A stretch of DNA of 32,000 nt from Promethearchaeota archaeon. GTDB lineage: Archaea > Asgardarchaeota > Lokiarchaeia > Sigyniarchaeales > Promethearchaeaceae. Positions within the stretch are counted from its first letter, which is position 1. Every line of letters begins with the position of its first letter. Below the pieces are notes generated by a model. The model saw only the letters and a list, made by a program, of their open reading frames with translations. It ran no database searches and was not told the DNA's origin. The DNA lies in NCBI GenBank assembly GCA_016933055.1, contig JAFGBS010000021.1, positions 30,001 through 62,000 on the forward strand, given 5' to 3'. A program made the position numbers and the translations under genes. Positions 1-9,609 of the stretch are shown piece by piece.

Positions 1-109
1 CTCCGATTTTTTCATGTTGTTCATAGATAATTACTTCATGACCCGCTTTAGCACATAATGCACCCGCTGTTAAGCCGGCTAATCCTGATCCAATTATACC
101 AATTTTCAT
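1..109 (-). CDS. FAD-dependent oxidoreductase (phytoene desaturase/amine oxidase-like), 5' part only, runs off window start
   Basis: Not in ORF track. Manual translation from ATG 109 gives MKIGIIGSGLAGLTAGALCAKAGHEVIIYEQHEKIG, a Rossmann GxGxxG with the acidic residue after beta2. SD-like GAGAGGA upstream. Confidence 0.9.
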   Translation of the reverse strand, partial: MKIGIIGSGLAGLTAGALCAKAGHEVIIYEQHEKIG

Positions 110-216
110 ATTTTATCCTCTCTAGTGTAGAAAATAAAAGTTTTCAATAACAATATTAGTTTTTTTATAATACCAAAAACATTTCGTTACATAGATTAAA
201 TCTGAAGGGATTCTCT

Positions 217-1467
217 GTGATATCGAATAATCATGAAAAGGCGGAAAAATACATCCGGGGTATATCTATCAATGTATTATTAATGGGCTTTGTTTCCTTT
301 TTTACAGATATCTCCAGTGAAATGATTACTGCTATCCTACCATTTTTTATTTTAAGTATTGCCGGAGGAAATATCCTTGCTCTTGGATATATTAGTGGGA
401 TATCGAATGCAATAGCAAACATGGTAAAAGGACTGTCGGGATTCCTGTCCGACAAATTTAAGAAGAGAAAACCGTTCATCATCCTCGGATATTCCATATC
501 AAATATCGCAAAACCTTTTATTGGGTTACAAAGATTCTGGTATGGAGTATTGGGGTTAAAGATAACGGATCGAATTGGGAAAGGTGTAAGGGTTGCCCCA
601 AGAGATGCACTTATTTCCTACTATTCTGAAAAATCCGTACGTGATCACAAATTTAATAATAGTAGCAGATCTGGTATCAATTTTGGGATTCATCGGACTA
701 TGGATACCTTAGGAGCGGTCACAGGTGCGTCCCTCGCAGCATTATTGATTTTTATTGGACTTTCATATGAAAACACGATATTGTTATCGATTATTCCAGG
801 AGTATTTGCAATTGTTATTATCTTTTTTGTAAAGGATGTCCACCTAGAGGAATTTACAGAAACAGATAAAAAAGAACGAATACAGAAATCGGAAGATATT
901 ACTCATCCGATGATTAAATTGATTATAATCCTATCAATAATGGAATTTGCAAGTGTAGATATTGCCTTTATTATGGTACGTGCTGGGGAATTAATAGGAA
1001 CAGGTGGAAGTCTTAGTATTGAATGGGTAATCTTATTGTACGCCATAACAAACATTATATATGCTTTGATGGCAACACCCGCAGGAAAACTCTCGGATAG
1101 ATTCGGTAAGCAAAGAGTAATCAGCGTTGGGCTTAGCATTTTATTTATAATTTCGCTATTGCTGATTTTTCCTCATACAAATTCGAGTTTCATTATTTTC
1201 ATTATATTTCCACTCTTTGGAATATATCTTGCCATAGTGGATACTTGTTCTAAAGCGTTCATTTCAGATCTGAGTGGAAAAAATAAGAAAGGAAAAGTGT
1301 ATGGACTCTATTATTTTCTCGTGGGAATGTTATCAATAATTGAGAGCATCTTATTCGCCTTTTTATATCAAAAATTTTCATATCAAATCGCTTTTGGGTT
1401 TTCAACTGCGTTGTTATTAGTATGTATTATCATTTTTGCGACTGCTGATTTTCAAATAAAAAAGTAA
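217..1467 (+). CDS. MFS transporter
   Basis: 416 aa, about 12 hydrophobic segments. MFS motif A twice (GFLSDKFKKRK; GKLSDRFGKQR), plus DRIGKGVRVAPRDALI and FGIHRTMDTLGA typical of a widespread MFS subfamily. Confidence 0.92.
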   Translation: MISNNHEKAEKYIRGISINVLLMGFVSFFTDISSEMITAILPFFILSIAGGNILALGYISGISNAIANMVKGLSGFLSDKFKKRKPFIILGYSISNIAKPFIGLQRFWYGVLGLKITDRIGKGVRVAPRDALISYYSEKSVRDHKFNNSSRSGINFGIHRTMDTLGAVTGASLAALLIFIGLSYENTILLSIIPGVFAIVIIFFVKDVHLEEFTETDKKERIQKSEDITHPMIKLIIILSIMEFASVDIAFIMVRAGELIGTGGSLSIEWVILLYAITNIIYALMATPAGKLSDRFGKQRVISVGLSILFIISLLLIFPHTNSSFIIFIIFPLFGIYLAIVDTCSKAFISDLSGKNKKGKVYGLYYFLVGMLSIIESILFAFLYQKFSYQIAFGFSTALLLVCIIIFATADFQIKK

Positions 1468-1529
1468 TAACCACACAGACAAGTGCAAATTTACGATTGG
1501 AAAGATGATGAGAGCGTCATACATTTTTT

Positions 1530-1619
1530 CTAACCCACATTCAGTACTAAAACTACTTGTTCTTTGTTAATTTTTCTACATCTGGAGCAAATCGGGTTTT
1601 CAATTTTCCGACTTTCCAT
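1530..1619 (-). pseudogene. Degenerate zinc-ribbon peptide remnant
   Basis: ATG 1619 gives MESRKIENPICSRCRKINK. A one-base shift continues TSSFSTECG, giving CxxC-x(10)-[S]xxCG, like CPKCGxxNxxxxxFCxxCG zinc ribbons. Confidence 0.35.
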
Positions 1620-1977
1620 CTCTTTTTTCTCACTCTCCACTTAAATATACTCAGCATTGATTCGAAACAGAGGTAAATCTGCTTAATTTATGAAAATGAG
1701 ATTTAATAAGTTTGCAGAGGATAAGTGAATACTAAGCACTGCATCTTTATAAGAATTGAATCCGAAATCGAAAATAATTGCTTTAGTGATACTTGTTAAT
1801 TGTCACGCATTCTCTTAGTAAATTTAATACGTACGATTTTCTCATAAAAATTCTTAAAAGTTGTTTCCTACGTGTTTTCTGAGCGTTCAACCATATTTTA
1901 ATATTTTTTTGGATACCCTACATTTGATAATACCTATCATTATGCAGATTCTCGCTTTTGTATGGATTAGAATAATC

Positions 1978-3435
1978 CTAAAGAAAGATCTTTATGAAAA
2001 TAGATATATATCCAATACCTAGGAGGATATGCAACAATGCAAATAAACCTCCTACCAGAGTTAATGATTTATACGTAAAACCTTTTACATTAGCTTTTCG
2101 CGCTAGCTCCAGCGTCATCATATCGCATGCAGCCCCTTGTGGTAAGAAATTTCCTCCTAAATTGATCCCCAGAGTAAAACCCATTAAGAGAGGAGTACTA
2201 GGGAAGTGTCCAATTGTGATTAATTTCGAGATGATCGGAAGAAACATAATTGTCACCGGAGCATCATCTAAAAATCCCGATAATAGCGATGTAATCAGAA
2301 TAATCTCAATGGTCAACACAATCGTATTGTGATTGGACCAAGATTCTACCAATAATTCAATTTTACCAACCAATCCAATGATATCTAAGATATGCACTAA
2401 AATGAAAAGGCATATAAAAAAATAGATTAATTTGGCATCAATTTTCCGCAGAAAATAAGATAAATCTGGTCTTTTCTTTGTACTTGATTTTTCGATTGGA
2501 TTTAACAATACAAAGATTAATAATCCTATTGGTCCCGTTATTATAATTTTTGGGATAGTCCCCAGCAAGATTATAAACCCAATTAACCCAATGAGATTTT
2601 TCACATACACTTTTTTTTCAATCGTGCTTTTTAATAGCGGTTTTACTTGAGAGCTTTCATTAACACGCTTGTCTGGGTGGATTTTATCATCTAACTCTTT
2701 CGATAGGTCTAAATTTTCAAAAATTGTGATGTTTTCTGCATTAGTTTGAGATTTGGCAAATAATAGTGTATCTCTCTCTTTTATATATCTACGCAACACA
2801 AATAAATCCAATAGAAATAACGTGATAATGGTTGCGCACACAAAATAAATTCCTAAATAAATCAGATGCCAGTACAATGTAAGACCAAAGTAGTTTGCTA
2901 TAATTATGTTTTCCGCAGAGCCGAAAGGAGTTAATGTACTGGCAATATTGATGCAAATTGTAATACCAAATAAATAGGGTACGGGAGAAATTTCCATTTT
3001 CCTACAAGCTTGTATCATAATTGGAACAAAGATGATCGCAACGGATAAGTCCTCAATAATTGTCGCTATCAAGGTGCTAGTTAAGCATATTGCATAAAAC
3101 ATTTTTCGTGGTGTATAGTAAAAACGGTTCACGATTTGGATTGCAATAGTTTCGAAAAAGTTAACGTGTTTGAATATTTCTACAATTGTAAAAATACAAA
3201 ACAGGAACACAATTACCTCCCAATCCACAGCCAGAATTATTTCTTTGAAATCATCTGCAGAGTCTAATGGAATTAACAATGATGAAATGATTATGGAAAT
3301 GAATACAATTACTATTGAGGAAATCAGGTAATCCCATTCTTCAAAAAATAAAGATAGAATTAGACCAATTAGACATATACCTATGAATATTTGTAAAAAC
3401 AGTTCTGTATTCATGTCTATACCCCGAAATTTCAA
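1978..3435 (-). CDS. ArsB/NhaD/SLC13 (IT superfamily) permease, paralog B
   Basis: Polytopic protein with DWEVIVFL, TLTPFGSAENI, LSGFLDDAPVT and GINLGGNFLPQG motifs. Probable true start is ATG 3414 (MNTELF) rather than TTG 3435. Confidence 0.88.
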   Translation of the reverse strand: MKFRGIDMNTELFLQIFIGICLIGLILSLFFEEWDYLISSIVIVFISIIISSLLIPLDSADDFKEIILAVDWEVIVFLFCIFTIVEIFKHVNFFETIAIQIVNRFYYTPRKMFYAICLTSTLIATIIEDLSVAIIFVPIMIQACRKMEISPVPYLFGITICINIASTLTPFGSAENIIIANYFGLTLYWHLIYLGIYFVCATIITLFLLDLFVLRRYIKERDTLLFAKSQTNAENITIFENLDLSKELDDKIHPDKRVNESSQVKPLLKSTIEKKVYVKNLIGLIGFIILLGTIPKIIITGPIGLLIFVLLNPIEKSSTKKRPDLSYFLRKIDAKLIYFFICLFILVHILDIIGLVGKIELLVESWSNHNTIVLTIEIILITSLLSGFLDDAPVTIMFLPIISKLITIGHFPSTPLLMGFTLGINLGGNFLPQGAACDMMTLELARKANVKGFTYKSLTLVGGLFALLHILLGIGYISIFIKIFL

Positions 3436-3643
3436 ATTAGAGTGAAATCATAACTTCGCATTGACCAAAAATTCAGTTATCTTAAACATGGATAGAGAGT
3501 TGATAACTAGTGATTAGCCATGTTCCCCAGATTTCACTAATAATATAGCTTTTTAAATTTATAAAACTGTTTAACGGAGTGAAGCAAAATTCCAAATTTC
3601 AATTTTTCCCTTCTGATACATTCTGAAATTTGATCTTATTCCC

Positions 3644-5080
3644 TCAAAAAACATAGACAATTACTGATAGATATGCTATTCCCAAAATAATATGCAAGCA
3701 GGCAAATAATCCCCCTATCTTGAATAATTTTTTGTAATTAAGATCGTCTACACAATATTCCCGTGCAATTTCTAATGTCATTAGATCTGCAGCACTTCCT
3801 TGAGGTAGAAAATTCCCCCCTAAATTAATTCCTAAAATAAAAGCAAATATTATGGGAGACGAATTTTCAACAACAGCCAAATGTCCTAATAGTATATTTA
3901 TTATTGGTATGAACATTATGGTAACGGGAGCATTATCCAAAAACGCAGATAAAATAGAAGTTGAAAAAAGGATAATCAAACTCGTTATAAACACATGGGA
4001 TTGACCGATATTTTCTAAAAACATTTCTAGAAATTGAATCGTTCCATTAGCCTCCATTAGATGAACTAATACAAAAAGGCAAATAAAGAAAAAAACAAGT
4101 TTAAAGTCTACACTTTTTAAATAATGGCTCAGAGAGGGGAGAATTTTATCTTTTTTGCGAGTTTGCACGGGATTGATTAACACAAATATTATTAACGCAA
4201 TAAAAGCTGGTAGATAGAGGTCTGGTATAAATACTAATAATACAATAAACAACACCAGCGCACCAAGGTTGAGGTAAAATGTCTTATTATCTACTTGTTT
4301 TTTAAGATTCATGGTGATTTCTGTGCTCCCTTCATAAAATACGGAATGAAAATCTTTGTGTTCTATTTGAATTGATTCTTTTGCATTTGGATCAGATGGA
4401 TCGGTAGCGAGTTCTTCGCAATTTGGACTCCATTTTACTTTTAAATATTTCTTTAATACAAATTGATCTAGTAGGAGTAGCGTAACACTTGTTGCAACTA
4501 CAAAATAGACTGAGAAATTTTTGAGGAAAAAACCAATACTCAAATCCAGAGCATTAAAAATTAATATGTTTTGAGCAGATCCGAAAGGAGTTAAGGTCGC
4601 TGCCAAATTTATACATATTGTCATACCCAGTAAAAAAGGCGTTGGATTGATACTTAGGGTTAAGCATGCAATAACTATCACTGGTCCAAAAATAATTGCT
4701 ATAGAAAGATCTTCTAATATAGTTGCAGTTAATGTGCTAACTATACAAATAAAATAAAACATAAGCCGTATTTTTTTTTTAAAAGTGATAACAATTCGTC
4801 TGGATACTTCGTGGAAAATTTTTTTCTCATTCAATATCTGCACAATAGTGAACATCGCAATTAAAAAGGCAATTACCTCCCAATCAATAGCCTCAACATA
4901 AAACCAAATAGTTGTGGGATCTAATGAAGGATCAGGAGAAGTTTCCAGAAGAAAAGCGGTTGCAATCCCTGCAATGATAATGAAAGCAAAAGCAAATAAT
5001 AAGTAATCTAGCTTCTCTATAAATAGGACAATAATTAATCCGATAAAACATGAGAGGACAATGATTTGAAGAATAAGCAT
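3644..5080 (-). CDS. ArsB/NhaD/SLC13 (IT superfamily) permease, paralog A
   Basis: 478 aa with DWEVIAFL, TLTPFGSAQNI, LSAFLDNAPVT and GINLGGNFLPQG; clear paralog of the 1978..3435 gene. Confidence 0.88.
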   Translation of the reverse strand: MLILQIIVLSCFIGLIIVLFIEKLDYLLFAFAFIIIAGIATAFLLETSPDPSLDPTTIWFYVEAIDWEVIAFLIAMFTIVQILNEKKIFHEVSRRIVITFKKKIRLMFYFICIVSTLTATILEDLSIAIIFGPVIVIACLTLSINPTPFLLGMTICINLAATLTPFGSAQNILIFNALDLSIGFFLKNFSVYFVVATSVTLLLLDQFVLKKYLKVKWSPNCEELATDPSDPNAKESIQIEHKDFHSVFYEGSTEITMNLKKQVDNKTFYLNLGALVLFIVLLVFIPDLYLPAFIALIIFVLINPVQTRKKDKILPSLSHYLKSVDFKLVFFFICLFVLVHLMEANGTIQFLEMFLENIGQSHVFITSLIILFSTSILSAFLDNAPVTIMFIPIINILLGHLAVVENSSPIIFAFILGINLGGNFLPQGSAADLMTLEIAREYCVDDLNYKKLFKIGGLFACLHIILGIAYLSVIVYVF

Positions 5081-5412
5081 GATCTGTGTAATAACTCATT
5101 AAAAGAATAATAAAAATGTGGAGTTTTTTCAAAAAGTTCTCATTATTGCGTTTTACTTGCATTTAAAGAGTAAATGATGATTTGAATATTCAAATGAAAA
5201 AGACAAAAAAATTGAAGATTTTATCGCACCGGAAAATGTCTTAGTAGTTCAATTAGAAGATTTATCAAAGAACCGAAAACGATTAAAAAATCCATCGGAT
5301 TCCTTCAAGTCACTCCTACCGAGGAATAAAAGAATAAAGCCTTTGCATTTATTCGACTTGTTTCATTACACACCAAAACTAAAAACGATAAGGAAAATCA
5401 AAGGTTTTTGTT

Positions 5413-6549
5413 TCAGTTATCTATACAATGATAATTTTTCTGGATATGTCGTTTAAGCCGTTTTAGTATATTTTCTGAACCTTTTTCCTTTATAAGCTTA
5501 AGTAATTTGTCAATGGTCACTGGTTTATTTCGATTTGCTGATTCGTATGCCATTAATACTGCCTCGATGGTTTTTTTAGCTTGTTGGGGGGTAAATTCGG
5601 GTTCAGTATCATTTAAAATACATTCTGCGAAATGTAGGTCCTCTGCACCCATAGATATTTTATAATATTGTGGAAAAGGGCCGTGTTCAATATCTGTGGG
5701 AATATGCCATCTATTTCGATTCGCTCCCATATCTGGATGATCCGAGAAAATTTGTAAAGGATATTCCAATGCATGGTTTTCAATGATCGTTCCTTTGGTT
5801 CCATAAATCTGTAACTCGTTGGAGGGGGGTGAAATTACGGTGAAGCTGACAGTGCATTGCATAATTGTCCCCGAGATATAACGATACATAACTAATGCAC
5901 TATCTTCCGCTTTTGTATCCAATGAAGTGCACTGCTTCGTCACCCAGCAATTAGCCATTTCGATTTCATCGTTTAGAATCCAGTTGGTGGTAGCAATTCG
6001 GTGAACTCCCATATCTAAAAGAGCTCCCATATTACGAAGTTTTATGTCCCCCTTCCAACCTGGAGAAGTTAATCCCGGAATCTCGTTTACACCTTCGTAG
6101 GCTCGTATGAGAAATACGTTTCCTATTAATCCTTTGTGTACTGTATCAGCTATATACTTATGTGCGGGTAAAAAGCGGTGGTTTTCCGCAATCATGAATT
6201 TCACATCTGCTTTTTTAGTAGCAGCAATCATCTCATCGCATTCCTCTAAGGTAGGAGCCATTGGTTTTTCGCATAGTACATGTACTCCAGCCTCTGCTGC
6301 TTGTATAACCTTATCCCGATGTAAATGATGAGGAACATTTATCAATACTGCGTCGATATCACTGTTTAACATTGAATCAAGATCTGCAAAATGTTCACCT
6401 TTATACCGACGTGCTAATCGATGTGCTTTCTTCTCATTCAGATCATAAAACGCGGTAAACTTATACTTCGTTTGTCCAACTGCACCAAGACTGTGAAATG
6501 TGTCGAAAACAGTACCACATCCACAAACTCCATACTTCACATAACCCAT
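5413..6549 (-). CDS. Gfo/Idh/MocA family oxidoreductase
   Basis: N-terminal GVCGCG Rossmann motif, IDAVLINVPHHLH, HVLCEKPMA, LLDMGVH, GTKGTI. Confidence 0.93.
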   Translation of the reverse strand: MGYVKYGVCGCGTVFDTFHSLGAVGQTKYKFTAFYDLNEKKAHRLARRYKGEHFADLDSMLNSDIDAVLINVPHHLHRDKVIQAAEAGVHVLCEKPMAPTLEECDEMIAATKKADVKFMIAENHRFLPAHKYIADTVHKGLIGNVFLIRAYEGVNEIPGLTSPGWKGDIKLRNMGALLDMGVHRIATTNWILNDEIEMANCWVTKQCTSLDTKAEDSALVMYRYISGTIMQCTVSFTVISPPSNELQIYGTKGTIIENHALEYPLQIFSDHPDMGANRNRWHIPTDIEHGPFPQYYKISMGAEDLHFAECILNDTEPEFTPQQAKKTIEAVLMAYESANRNKPVTIDKLLKLIKEKGSENILKRLKRHIQKNYHCIDN

Positions 6550-6730
6550 ACATCACTGATCTATATTCTCGAAATAAATGTTATTTGTGTGTTTAGTTTA
6601 AAATAGTGAATTAAGGCATACAGTGGACAATTATATTCTCATCATGATATGAGCGTATTATTCAAGTAATTAAATTGATCGTGAAAATGTGATACATACC
6701 TAACTAATTGTGAAACCTTCTTGATGTAAA

Positions 6731-7636
6731 ATGCAGATACAAAATGAAATTGAAGATTTTTTACTTTCTAAAGAGATAGAAACGGGTTGCAGTCCTGCAA
6801 CCATCCGTGCCTATCAACATGATCTTAAACTCTTCGATGAATCACTTAGATCGAATACTACAATCGAGAATATTAATCAGATCCATGTAAGAGCGTTTCT
6901 GAAAGTATTACGAGATAGAGAATACACGAAGGCGGCTATAGCACGAAAAATAGCGTGTCTAAAAAGTTTCTTCAATTTCTTAGAAGATTCAGAAATGATT
7001 GATAAGAATCCCATGAAAAAAATCAGTTCTCCCCGAATTAAACGAGAAGAACAACTCCCAAAATTTCTCAACTTAAGTGAGATGATATCCTTGCTAGGAT
7101 TTGTCAAACAAGGTAATGGGATTCCATATACTATCAGAAAACGTGGATATATCATCATTCGATTATTATATTCCACAATGGCACGAGTCAGTGAGATTGC
7201 TAATGCACGAATTGGGGATATTGATTTTAATTCAGGTATTTTAAAACTTCGCGGAAAGGGAAACAAACAGAGAATCGTACCCATCGACCAGGAAACCTTG
7301 AATGCATTGACAGAATATCTAGCAGATCGAATTTCTTATTCGGATTCAGATCCCTTGTTAGTAAATAAATATAATAAACCACTTTCCGTACGAACAATCC
7401 AGAAAGACATCCAAGTGATTAAAGAGAAATTTGGTTTAACTGAAGATAAGAAATTAACACCCCATGTATTCCGTCACACTGGTGCGACACATTTACGTCA
7501 GAATGGTATGGACATCTCCGAATTACAAGATATTTTAGGACATAGTAGTCCAAACACTACCAGAATCTACGCCAAGAATGATATTTCTAAGATTCAAGAG
7601 GAATATAATTCAAAACACCCCTTAAATAATCTTTAA
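6731..7636 (+). CDS. xerA: Tyrosine recombinase, XerA/XerC/D type
   Basis: 301 aa. N-terminal SAM-like domain (SPATIRAYQHDL; AAIARKIACLKSFFNFL). Catalytic R (ARVSEI), K (GKGNKQR), HxxR (HVFRH), H (LGH) and Y (TTRIY) all intact. Confidence 0.9.
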   Translation: MQIQNEIEDFLLSKEIETGCSPATIRAYQHDLKLFDESLRSNTTIENINQIHVRAFLKVLRDREYTKAAIARKIACLKSFFNFLEDSEMIDKNPMKKISSPRIKREEQLPKFLNLSEMISLLGFVKQGNGIPYTIRKRGYIIIRLLYSTMARVSEIANARIGDIDFNSGILKLRGKGNKQRIVPIDQETLNALTEYLADRISYSDSDPLLVNKYNKPLSVRTIQKDIQVIKEKFGLTEDKKLTPHVFRHTGATHLRQNGMDISELQDILGHSSPNTTRIYAKNDISKIQEEYNSKHPLNNL

Positions 7637-7645
7637 CTGTATTAA

Positions 7646-8476
7646 TCATTTATCTGACGATGAATTTTTTTCCATGGGGTCTAATTTATCTAAAACTTTG
7701 CCATTGTTTGAAATTGGTTTTCGAATCACTAGGCATTCGTCAAATTCCCCATAGCAATATTGGCATTCTCCAGTGTGCGATATAATTTTTCGCCACCATA
7801 ATGGATTGTAATAACCGAGATATACGGTTGCTAAAAATCCGAAATAAAGTACAAAACCTGTGATTTTTATTGTATACAGGTGAAAATATCCAAACATAGT
7901 GAAATCAAATAACACTAATAAAAACAAAATTCCAGAAGCCCCAACCAGATCTAGTGCAATTTTCAACACATGGTCTTCGATATTTAAGGCATTTTTCACC
8001 TTATGAGGACGATAGATTAAGAAATATACGACAAAAACTAACATAATAGCCATAGGAATAAAGATTAGATTGCTTATTATTTCATTTGTCGGGAGAAGTA
8101 AAACTGGAATCAAACAGACGAGTTTTGCACCAAAAAAAATGATTTCAACCAATAAACTGGGTTTAGTTTTACACATTTCGCTTGCGATACGAATTAAGAG
8201 AAGTGGTAATAAAATAATTCCGATTACATACGCATCCTCTAAGATATGATCCCATATGTCATTAATCGTGAAGATTTCATGGAAACCATAGTCCAGCTCC
8301 ACATAAGCTGAGACTAATTGAAATAATCCTAAAAAGAGTTGCATAGTTGATTTTTTGCGATGATACTTATTGAAAAACAACCCAGCTAGACCTAAATTCA
8401 TAAGGATGAGAAATCCATCAATTGAAAGTATCAAAACATCTTGCCAGTGTAATTCGCGTAGTATGATGGCTACCAT
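7646..8476 (-). CDS. Seven-TM hypothetical membrane protein with Cys-containing C-terminal tail
   Basis: 276 aa; about 7 hydrophobic helices by eye, ending YLGYYNPLWWRK; tail CQYCYGEFDEC. No family recognised. Confidence 0.75.
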   Translation of the reverse strand: MVAIILRELHWQDVLILSIDGFLILMNLGLAGLFFNKYHRKKSTMQLFLGLFQLVSAYVELDYGFHEIFTINDIWDHILEDAYVIGIILLPLLLIRIASEMCKTKPSLLVEIIFFGAKLVCLIPVLLLPTNEIISNLIFIPMAIMLVFVVYFLIYRPHKVKNALNIEDHVLKIALDLVGASGILFLLVLFDFTMFGYFHLYTIKITGFVLYFGFLATVYLGYYNPLWWRKIISHTGECQYCYGEFDECLVIRKPISNNGKVLDKLDPMEKNSSSDK

Positions 8477-8799
8477 AAAATAATTCCCTAGCGTACCTAG
8501 AATAATTAAGTGCTATATACGTTGTTGATCATAATTTTTTTTATAATCATTTTAATATCACAAGCTTCGATATGGAACAACTACAATAAAGGGGTCGAGG
8601 AGATGATGAAAGAGAATATCGCTGTGCAGAGATAAATTATCATTTCTGTTGAATTAATATATTGAGTGCATTATAATTGGAAGGTTAAAAGATAAGAAGA
8701 AAAACTTATCTAAACAAAGCAATCTATAGAGCATTGTGTGCTAATGAATAAGTGGTTCAATCATTTGTTTTCAAACATTTACTCTTAGAACTTCAATGA

Positions 8800-8968
8800 G
8801 TGTAGAAGTTCACATCGATTACAATTGAGCTAGGCGATTTAGAGATAGATATTTTAGTGATTTTTCTGCCATTCGATCTTCAACTCGGGTTCGATTCTAA
8901 TAGTGAATAATCAACTGTTCTACATATTGTTGGATATCTGTACGGTCGAATTGTTCGTTTAGGGCCAT
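8800..8968 (-). pseudogene. Possible decayed DDE transposase fragment
   Basis: Frame reads EQLIIHY*NRTRVEDRMAEKSLKYLSLNRLA, then IVIDVNF after a shift. Resembles the Y-x2-R-x3-E (YREK-like) region of IS4-superfamily transposases. In-frame TAG at 8897-8899. Confidence 0.3.
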
Positions 8969-9082
8969 TCTATTGTTTCCAGATCTTGACAACTAGACAA
9001 TTAGATAAAAATATTCATTGTTGTTTAATTTCTGCTTCCGAATTCAGCTTTTTGAGCTTAGAATCTAGTAGAAATGTAGAAA

Positions 9083-9511
9083 TTAGACTATTTGAAGTTT
9101 GGAATACTGCTCAGGATTCCCGCCGTTTTCGATATACTCTGCATAATGCTTTAGACTTTTCAGCTTGATTTCGGTTTCTCTTCTTATTTCATCGCTGATA
9201 TTACCATCTCGAGGAATTGCATAAAAAGTAACATTTGTGTCTCTACAATTGGCAGCAATACTAAATGTTTCTCCCGCTTCCATAATAAAAGGATTATTTT
9301 CATGAATGTGACTAATTTTTGCGAATGGAATTCTTTCTCCTGTGTGCACATTTTCCTCTCCGGTTAAAGTCTTCAATATGAAACCTTTTCCATTTTCTTC
9401 ACTATGTAAAATCATGGGATTCCACAATGCGTAATGTTCATAATCTTTTAACACATTAAACAGTGTTTCAGCACAAGCAGATATCTTTTGAGTTTTTTCG
9501 ATGCGTGTCAT
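9083..9511 (-). CDS. SRPBCC/START-like (polyketide cyclase-like) protein
   Basis: 142 aa; N-terminal IEKTQKISACAETLFNVLKDYEHYALWNP pattern and C-terminal amphipathic helix LKSLKHYAE are typical of SRPBCC. Confidence 0.75.
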   Translation of the reverse strand: MTRIEKTQKISACAETLFNVLKDYEHYALWNPMILHSEENGKGFILKTLTGEENVHTGERIPFAKISHIHENNPFIMEAGETFSIAANCRDTNVTFYAIPRDGNISDEIRRETEIKLKSLKHYAEYIENGGNPEQYSKLQIV

Positions 9512-9517
9512 TAACAG

Positions 9518-9529
9518 TATTCTAGAATA
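9518..9529. promoter_or_regulatory. Perfect 12-bp palindrome TATTCTAGAATA, candidate operator
   Basis: Lies 7 nt upstream of the SRPBCC ATG (9511), between it and a TATATA stretch near 9537-9545. Confidence 0.3.
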
Positions 9530-9581
9530 AAATGAATATATATCTATCTATAAAATTAGAAAAATGGTTAAGAAATCTTTT

Positions 9582-9596
9582 AAAAAAAAAAAAAAA
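9582..9596 (-). terminator. Oligo-T (T15) archaeal-type terminator
   Basis: A15 on the + strand, 14 nt past the stop of the 9610..12603 gene. Confidence 0.65.
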
Positions 9597-9609
9597 TATA
9601 AAGATATTT

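Noticed and set aside
5181-5456. 91-codon open frame on + strand (FEYSNEKDKKIEDFIAPENVLVVQLEDL...)
   Set aside because: No start codon near its 5' end, overlaps the Gfo/Idh/MocA 3' end, no recognisable motif; could be a remnant but is unsupported.
6731-7636. Tyrosine recombinase as integrase of a provirus or island; search for att or dif sites
   Set aside because: Size and motifs fit housekeeping XerA. No tRNA, att-like direct repeat, 11-6-11 dif-like palindrome or viral/plasmid genes were seen nearby.
8594-8635. Strong SD (GAGGAG) followed by MMKENIAVQR*
   Set aside because: Only 10 residues and no convincing continuation in any frame.
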